Assembly: GCF_963921235.1 (NCBI RefSeq)
Contig: NC_086097.1
Location: 123,382,001 to 123,446,000, forward strand
Source: Mobula hypostoma
Taxonomy: Eukaryota
Length of the DNA: 64,000 nucleotides
Reading direction: 5' to 3'
Part shown: in pieces, positions 53,953-64,000 of the stretch
How positions within the stretch are numbered: the stretch's first letter is position 1
How the letters are laid out: each line of letters begins with the position of its first letter
The notes under the pieces: generated by a model
What the model was told of the DNA's origin: nothing
Seen by the model: only the letters and a program-made list of their open reading frames with translations
Database searches by the model: none
Translations under genes and position numbers: made by a program

Positions 53953-54907
53953 GTGTGTAAGCAAAAGCTGTGTAGGAGTGTGTTAACAGAACCAGTTCCC
54001 TTTAAAGCAGAATACTGTCAAGAGCCAGGTCCATTGCAGTTGCTCAGAGGACAGAAACTGGTCACTCCGGAACCCCTGAGGTTGCTCTCAGGGGCAGATG
54101 GATTTGAAAACGAGGCTGCGTTATTTGCATGTACTTCAGTACAAACTGGGGAGCAAATCAGTCAGTGAGTTGAAGCAGGTTATTACCAAAAGCATTCTTG
54201 CATGAATCATCGGCAGTGAGCTCGTGGACGAACAACCTTTGTCGTGAAGGTAACCACCACACTAAAAGCAGAGAGTGAAATCTGTAATCTGACAAGTAGG
54301 GGACCGTGCACAATTCTGATTTGATGGAGACAGACGTGAGAGTACAGAGGAACATCTGGAAAACTTCTGAAATGCCCGCTTCGCTGCCACTGCTACTGTG
54401 TGGTAACTGGAATCTCTGGAGCAGAAAGCCCCGAATCCCCGGCTTTGCTTGTTTCAGCGGCCAAGGCTAGGTCGAAGGCACTCAGCAGAGGATGGTGCTC
54501 GGGAGGCTGTATCGGAGGAGCTGGTTGGAGGCCCGAAGTTTCGGACGGACGAACTCCGTGTCAGCTGTGGTCGGCTGCTTCCAAGGCATCGGCAAGTTGA
54601 CGGTGCCTGGAGGTTTATGGCAGGGAGTTTCTCCCTTTTGCCGCCTGCTATCGGGGACTCGGGAGTCGATCGACTCGGGGACTTAAGACTTTTTTTTTAC
54701 CGTGCCCGTTTTTTGTTCTTCATCAAATTATGGTATTGCTTTGCACTGCTGTAACTATATGTTATAATTATGTGGTTCTGTCAGTGTTAGTCTTTGGTTT
54801 GTCCTGTTTTCTGTGATATCACTCTGGAGAAACATTGTATCATTTCTTATTGCAAATGTGCATTTCTAAATGACAATAAACAAGGACTGAGTGTTCTCAT
54901 AATCTAA
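53953..54907 (+). mobile_element. Unclassified CpG-rich non-coding repeat
   Basis: Sharp compositional shift; the 3' end is shared with 17700-17772. Confidence 0.55.
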
Positions 54908-55779
54908 ATTGGTGGAGAGTGAAATTCACAACAGAAAGCCCTTGCACTTTAAATTACTGACCCAGCAAAGCCAACTGTGTTCAGAAATTTCCAACATCAC
55001 TTTCACTGGAGGAATAAAGAGTCAGTGACACCCAAATTCTCTTCAGATGCTTTTGGGTGTGAGCCCATGCAAAAAGACCAGATTTAATAAAGGAACAAAT
55101 AAAAATACAAATAGAAAAGGTAATGACTCAAAGAAAAGTAGCCTCCAGCATGAAAGACTCCCACCACCCATGATGCCCTCTTCACATTACCACCATCAGG
55201 GAGGAGGTACAGGAGCCTGAAGACACACATTCAACATCTTAGGAACAGCTTCTTCCCCTCTGCCATCAGATTTCTGAACGGTCACTCTCTCTACTGCCTG
55301 TTATGCCGCTGGTCTTTAGGGCAGCAATGAAGGTCCTCCATCTCTGGAGGGGTTCAGGGCTTCTCTCGTCGTGTCAGTAGCTCAGTTTTCACTACCCTCT
55401 GTCACGTAAGCTCCAGGTGGAGACTCAGGAATACTGTCACACTCAGAGGTATAAGGATTCTTCACTGCTGTTTCCCAGGTCACTGAGACATGCCCCTCGC
55501 CCACAGGCCCCAACACTCCCAACCTTTTCAATCTGGCTTGGCACTCAAATTCACTAACCAGCTGGTCATTCCTTGATCTTGGACTAGCGCCCTGCAGCTT
55601 TGATATGTTCTCAGGCCCGGGACCCACGTCTCGATTCGGCCCGTGCCCGCCCTTTCCAATCTGGCCTGGCACTTAAATCGGTCAAATGTCAGCTTGTTCC
55701 TCACTCTCAAGCCCGGACCCTATCGCATCGACTCTGCCTCGCCTCATCTCCAGCAATGGTCATATATTGGCTTGCTCCC

Positions 55780-58020
55780 CACCCTCTAGCAAAACGAATT
55801 CCTACTCATCTCCATTCTAAAGGGTTGTCCTTCTATTCTTAGGCTGTACGCTCTGATCCTAGACTACCCCACTATTGGAAACATCCTCTCGACATCTACT
55901 CTATCAAGGCTTTTTAATATTCGAGAGGTTCAATGAAATCCACCTCCCCCCCCCCCACCGACTCTTCTAAACTCCAGTGAGTCTAGGCCCAGTGCCATTA
56001 ACAGCTCCTCATACATTAATCCTTTTATCCCCAGAATCATTCTCATGAAATTCCTCTGGACCCTTTCCAATGCTAGTACATCCTTTCTTAGAAAAGGGGC
56101 CTAAAACTGCTCACAATACTCCAAATGCGGTCTGACCAATGCATTATAAAGCTTTAACATTATATCTTTGCTTTTATATTCTAGTCCTCTTAAAATGAAA
56201 GCTAATACTGCATTTACCTTCCTTATAACTGGCTGAACCTGCAAGATAACCCTTCAGGAATTATGCACTAGGACTCCCAGATCCCTTTGCACCTCTGATT
56301 TTAGAATTTGTTCCCCATTTAGAAACAACATTCAGGTATGGGCTAACAAGTAGTATCATTAATCGAACAAAAATGCCAAATAATGATCACCTCCACCAAG
56401 TGAAACTATAACCATCCACTCTTGATATTCAGAGGCATTACCTGTGCCAAGATTTCCCATTAGCAATATTCTGAAGGTTGCCACTGACTAGAAACTCAGC
56501 TGCATAATCCACATATGCACTGTGGCTGTATGTGAAGCTCGGAGCATGGGGATACTCTGGAAAGTAACTCATCTCCTGGCAGCACAAGATTCAGATTCAG
56601 ATTTATATGTACATGGAAACATACAGTGAAATGCGTCATTTGCGTTCAGGATGTGCTGGGGGCAGTCTGCAAGTGTTGCCACACATTCCGGCCACCAATG
56701 AGTATATCTACAAAACACACTGAATCTTTCTGATCCATGCACCTGTAGCCATGCTTCATACATGTTGTATTGTGCCTGCCTCAGCCACTTCCTCTGGCAG
56801 CTCATTCCATATATACACCACCCTCTGCATGAACAAGTTGCCCCTCAATTCCATTTTGAGACTTTCCCCTCTCACATTAAGCCTGTCCCTCTATTTTTTG
56901 ATTCTCTTTCCCTTGGTAACAGACTGTGCGCATTCACTCTAATTATGCCTTTCAGGCCTTTGCACACCTCTATAACGTAACCCCTCAACCTTCTATGCAC
57001 CAATTAACAAAGTCTTAGCCTGCTGTGCCGTTCCCTATAAATCAGGCCCTCAGGTCCTGGCACTGTTTTCACAAATCATCTTCGCGCTTTTTCTGACAGC
57101 GACATCTTCCCTATAGCAAGATTACTAAAACTGTTCACAATACCCCAGGTGTGGCCTCACCAATGTCTTGTCCAACTGAAAAATAATATCTCAGCTCCTA
57201 TACTTACTGTTGAAGGCCAGCATAAATGCCAAATGCTTTCTTCACCATCCTCTCTACCATCAGGGAACTATGTACTTCTACTCCTTGGTCCCCCTTTTCC
57301 AGAGGTCCACATGGACAACACCCACTGCCTTCCCCCATCACTCTTCTTGGTTACCTCTTCAAAAACCTTTAACGGATTTGTGAGACATGATTTAACATGC
57401 TCAAAGCCATTCTGGTTATCCCTGAACAGCCTTGTATCATCCAAGTGCTTATCTGTCGGAGTTCCCTCCAACAACTTGCCCACTAATCATGCCTGACTCA
57501 CTGTCTTGTAGTTCCCTGGACTGTGTTTGCTGCCCTTCTTAGTGAACAAGGGTCCAATTTTTAAGAACTTTATCCTTGGCTGAAGATTATTCAAATATCT
57601 CTGCAAGGGCCTCTGCAATTTCTTCTCCAGCTTCCTACAAGGTCCAGAATGCACTTGGTCAGATCCCAAGAACTTATCCTCTTTAAAGTGCCTTAGACCC
57701 ACCAACACCTCATCTTTAGCAATTTATAAATGGTCCAAGACATCACATTTTATTTGCCACCAAACTTCAGCTTCCATAACCTTCTCCACAGTAAAAAACT
57801 GATGAGGAAAATTCATTGCAAATCTCACCTGTCTTCTCTGGCCCTACATACAGATGGCTTTGCTAGTCTTTCAGGGGACTTAATATTTCCCTAGTCACCT
57901 TTTTATTCTTATTATGCCTGTAGAATCTCTTGGGATTTTCCTCAACCTAGCCTGCCAGATTCATCTCATGCCCTCTTTTTTTTTGCCCTCCTGATTTCCC
58001 TCTTAAGTGAGCTTCTTATG
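55780..58020 (-). mobile_element. CR1 LINE fragments
   Basis: CR1 ORF2 remnants (PGNY..VS, NQNGF...KSCLTN) in several pieces. Confidence 0.8.
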
Positions 58021-58139
58021 TTTAGTTGAAGTACCTTTGATAACAATTGATTATTGTGCATTATAAGGAAGTGTAAGGCTCTGCTTCCCTCCACTAGCCT
58101 GCAGGTCACCCTTGGGCGAGGTGTAGCACTGGCTTAGGA

Positions 58140-59202
<1,063 letters not shown>

Positions 59203-61755
59203 CTAAAGCCTTTCATCTTTAATTTTCTGCAGAAAGAAAGGAAGAAAGTTTTAACTAGGAGAAGAATTAGGCTGTTCGGCCCATCATCCCCTCTGCCATT
59301 ACATCATGCTGATTTATTATCTCTCTCAACCCCATTCACCTGCCTTCTCCCCGTAACCTTTAATTTCCCCTACTAATCAAGAAACCTGCCAACCTTCGCC
59401 CAATGGCTCTGACGTGCCCATCATGAACTGCTTCAAGAAGCTGGTCCATAAAACCATAAGACATAGGAGCAGATTTACACCTTCAAACATGGCTGATTTA
59501 TTTTCCCTCTTAACCCCACTCTCCGGCCTTCTCCCTGTAATCTTTGACATCCTTACTAATACATAAAACTTTACAGAACAAATGTCATCTAAACTTACTG
59601 CAGATTAACATGCTACCATTTCTTATCAGCATTAGACAGCACACTGATTTTAATAAAGCCTGTCAAGCAGTAATTCAAAACCTGTTGACCACTCCCTTTG
59701 CAGTCCCTTCCTTCACAGTCAAGAGCAGTGTACAGTCACTGTATTTTCTGAATTCGTTCTTTGTATTGTGCACATCTTGAAATTGCAAGTACAAAATGAA
59801 TTTAAAATGAATAGTTATGATTTTCATAATTGTTGCCAGACCTTAAGCAAGAGAGATTCTTTATAAATTCACCTCAAATCCAAGGATTCACAACCACTAT
59901 TTAAATTAACGTTTTGCATTATATTCTCCTACTAGCATGATTTAATGTCTGCTGCCTTCCACCCTGTCACAGATTGCCCTTTTATTTTGCTCATCCTCCC
60001 ATCTTCCCTGCTCAGTACATTGTTACTTCGCTAACATCTGTCATTTCTGCGTGGTGAAAGATCAGTAGCCTGGAACATTAAGTTTACTTTCTACAAGTCA
60101 GCAGAGTTGTACTCCAGCTGAAGCTAAAACATTATTATTTTCCAGTGGGGCATTAATCCTACAAAGTCTTGTCTTGTTCCTACTGCACCAACCGCTGCCA
60201 GGCTATAAACGTGCAGGAGCAATCTGTGGTTAAGTGCCCTGCTCGAGGACACAACACGCTGCCTCAGCTGAAGCTCGAACTTGCAACCTTCAGATCACTA
60301 ATCCAACACCTTAACCACTTGGCCACACGCCAACAAGTAATTATGCTGCAACAAACATCTGCTTCAGAATGGAAAAGAAATGGCAAGGAAGTAAAGGAGT
60401 CTTTGGACCCAGACCACCAGGTTCAGGAATAGTTACAAGCTCTACAAACATCAGGATCCTACATTAGCGTGAATAACTTCACTCACCTCTGAGCTGATTC
60501 CACAACTATGGACTCACTTTCAAGGATTCGACAACTCACAGTCTCAGTAATATTTATTACTTACAGTATTTACTACTATTCCTCCAAGAGGAGCACAACC
60601 TTGTTGTAGGGCTTGGAGGCTTGCATGCCTCAATAACCAGGAGAGCTATGTCGGCTGGAGTCAGGGCATTATGCTTTGGCTCTTCGTAGGGTCACTCATG
60701 CCAAATAGGTCAAAGGCTAGAGGCCAGAATAAGAGTGGTCTGCCGGTCCTCCAGGTTCAGGGGGTTCAGCTCAAGGCTAACAACCCTGACTGGTGAATCA
60801 AAATTGTTACAGGACAGCTATGAAGAATCCTTCTACATATGGTATTCCTGAGTCTCAACCAGGGACTTGCATGACTGACAGTAGTGAAAAACGAGAGGAA
60901 GCTACTGACATGATGAAGGAAACCCTGAACACCGCCAGAGATAGAGGACCTTTATTGTTGCCCTAAACGCTAGCACATGTAGCAGGCAGTAAGTGGTTAT
61001 TATTATTATTATCATTATTGGGTTTTTTGTGCATTCACAGTTTGTCTTCTTTTGAACATTTGAACATTTGTCCATCTTTGTGCATAGTTTTTCAATGCTT
61101 TTATTGTATTTCCTTGTATCTACCTTGAATGCCTGCAAGAAAATGAATATCAAGGAAATATATGGTGACATATACGTACTTTGACAATAAATTTGCTTTG
61201 AACTTTGAAGAACAGGAGCATGCTGCTGCAGGATAGGGGTAGGATTTAGGGCTCAATGTAGTTGGAGCTGGGCACCTATCCAGGATACTATATGTGCTGA
61301 ATAGTTCTTTATTAAATTACAGACCTATGGTGTAAGTAGAAGTTTAGCAAGTTCTGCAAGAAGCCAAGGCATAAACACAAGAGATTCTGCAGGTGCTGGA
61401 AATGACACACAAAATGCTGCAGGAACTCAGCAGGTCCTCAGCAGGTCAGGCAGCATCTAAACAAAGGAATAAACCCTCAATGCTTCAGGCCGAGACCCTT
61501 CTTTCATCAGGACTGGAAAGGAAGGGGGAGAAAGCCAGGAGAGGGAGGGTGAAGTGAGAAGCTGGGAGGGATAAATTGCCATAATTCAGAGAAACTGATG
61601 CTCATACCAGTAGGTTACCTTTTCTCTGCTTAATTGCAGAGGTGTTTGCATGAATGGTTGCTGTGAGGTTAAAGTGTGTTACTGGGCCCTCAAATACCTA
61701 TCCTGACACGTTGCTTCATTCCAAGTTCCCATGAATGCTAAAGGGCTGGAACCTA

Positions 61756-62281
61756 CACTCGGTGGCAACTTCATTAGTACCTCCAGTACCGAATAAAGTA
61801 GCTACTGACTGTATGTCTGTGATCTTCTGCTGCTGTACCCTGTCCACTTCAATGATCGACTTCTGTCCATTCAGAGACGCTCTTCTGCACACCACTGTTG
61901 CAAGATGTGGTTATTGGAGTTACTGTCACCTTCTTGTCAGCTTGAAACAGTCTGGCCGTTCTCCTGCGACCTCTCTCATTCACAAGGCACTTTTGCCCAT
62001 GGAAATGCCACTCACTGGATTTTTATTAAATGTTCGCAAAATTCTCTGTCAACCCTAGAGACTGTTGTACCTAAAAATCTCAGGAGATCGGTAGTTTGCC
62101 TGGCATCAACAATCTCTCTACGCTCAGAATCACTTAGATCACATTTCTTTCCCATTCTGATGTTTGGTCTGAACAACGACGGACCCCCTTGGCCAGGACT
62201 GCATGAGTTGCTGCCACATGATTGGCTGATTAAATACTTGCCCTGAAGAGCAGGTGCACCTAACAAAGTGGCCACTGCATG
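61756..62281 (-). mobile_element. Tc1 MITE
   Basis: TA-flanked TIRs; MGKKCDLSDSER...TTVSRV.RE remnant; internal TIR at about 61790-61812. Confidence 0.85.
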
Positions 62282-62599
62282 TATATTATCACACTATTGT
62301 TATAGTTGTCTTTCCTCTGTTTGCTTGCAGAGGTGTTCGTATGAATTTTTTCTGTGAGGAAAAAGTGTATCATTGGGCATCAAACAGCCATCTTAACACA
62401 GCTTCATTCCAAATTTGCTTGAATGGCTGGAATATAAACACCACAAAATGCCAGAATATTACAACTGATCACGTGCTTGGAAGAAATGAATGCCAAATAT
62501 TTCATTATTTGTGCACTGATAGAGTGAAAATGCTTCCTGTCACTAAAATTACTAGGTCAGACATGAATGCTACTTAAATGTAGCCTAATTTATAATTAG

Positions 62600-63195
62600 A
62601 CCATAAGATATAAGAGTAGGATTAGGCCATTTGGCCCATTGAGTCTGCTCCACCATTTCATTATGGCTGATCCATTTTGCCTCTCAGCCACAATCTCCCG
62701 CATTCTCCCTGTATCGCTTTATGCTCTGATTAATCAAGAATCTCTCAATCTGTGCCTTATATATACCCAATGACTTGGCCTCCAAAGCTGCCGGTGGCAA
62801 CAAATTCTACAGATTCACCACTCTCTGGCTGAAGAAATTCTTCCTCGTCTCCTTTCTAAAAGGACATTCCTCTAGTATGAAGCAGTATCCTCTCGTCTTA
62901 GACACCCCGACCATAGGAAACATCTCCTCCACATCCACTCTATTGAGGCCTTTCAACATGCAATAGGTTTCAATGAGGTCACCTCTCATTCTTCTGAATT
63001 CCTCTGGGTAGATGCCCAGAGCCAGCAAACACTCCTTTTAATCTCAGGATAGTTTTCATGAACCTCCTTTGAACCCTCGCTAATGTTCGCGCACCCTTTT
63101 TGGGATAAGGGGCCCAAAACTGCTCACAATACTCCAAGTGAGGCCTCACCAGTGCTTGATAAAGCCTCAACATTACGTCCTTTCTTTTACATTCT
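62600..63195 (-). mobile_element. CR1 LINE 3' fragment
   Basis: LYQALVRPHLEYCEQFWAP; RRMRGDLIETY; NFFSQRVVNL. Confidence 0.9.
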
Positions 63196-64000
63196 AAGAA
63201 TTCTGAGAATCCTGATCTTTGAGAATCGACTTACCTTTGAGCAGGATCACACATTGCATTCTCTACTGCCCCAAATGTGATATGTGGACCCATGTAATAA
63301 GTCTTACAATCCTCCATCAACAACTGCTCCCCCTCACCCCTTTCTCCATCTCACAAAGAGTTTGGTGCCCCCGTGCTCAAGTTCTGTGACTAGTAAGACC
63401 ATGAGTTATTAAGAGCAGAATTAGATCCATCTTTGTTCTAAAGGGACGCCCTTCCATTCTGAGGCTGTACGCTCTGGTCCTAGGCTCCTCCACGATGGGA
63501 AACATTCTCTCCACATCGACTCCAGCCTTTCAATATTTGATAGGTTTCAATGAGATTCCCCCCCCCCCATCATTCTTCTAAATTTCAGTAAGTACAGCCT
63601 AAATTCCAGTCATCTGTGTGTATTAGTCATAAATGAAATATTGCTTGACATATAGTAAATAATGTGCTGTGGGAGGCACACATGTCACCACATATTCCTG
63701 CACCAACATAGCATGCTCACCACCAAAGTTCAAAGTAAATTTATTATCAAAGTTATGTACATGTCACTATATACTATCTTGAGATTCATTTTCTTGCAGG
63801 CATTCACAGTAGGCCAATGAAATACAATAGAATCATTGAAAACCTACACACAAAGACTGCCAAACAACCAATGTGCAAAAGTAGACAAACAGTGCAAATA
63901 AAAAAAGCAAGTAAATAATACTGAGAACTTGAGTTGTAGAGTCCTTGGAAGTGAGTCCATAAGTCCACCATGTTCGCAGAACACACAAACAATAACAACA

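Noticed and set aside
59227..64000. Promoter or first non-coding exon of the CCDC102 gene
   Set aside because: No CpG island or convincing exon; the region is mostly repeats, so it probably lies beyond the window.

Overview
Eukaryotic, repeat-dense intronic DNA, most likely from a cartilaginous fish (ray/shark). This is inferred from HE1-type V-SINEs and CR1/HER1-type LINEs. The only host gene is a CCDC102-family gene on the minus strand. I reconstruct three coding exons (59157-58543, 50070-49871, 4257-4149) with canonical GT-AG sites and compatible phases, separated by introns of about 8.5 kb and 45.6 kb; the gene continues beyond position 1. The introns hold an internally deleted Gmr1-like Gypsy LTR element (SCAN-gag/protease retained, IN before RT), a related solo LTR, many Tc1-derived MITEs, nested hAT MITEs with intact 8-bp TSDs, Penelope-like fragments carrying minimal hammerhead ribozyme motifs, CORE- and V-SINEs, and CR1, Rex1/Babar-like, RTE-like and L1 fragments. 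Almost all ORFs in the supplied track are transposon debris or chance. I found no new multi-gene system. The best leads are the hammerhead motifs, the stacked uORFs and inverted repeats around the start-codon exon, the composite Tc1 MITE, the non-autonomous mosaic LTR element and a LINE-born minisatellite. Repeat boundaries without a stated TSD/TIR are approximate, and family names come from motif recognition, not database searches.
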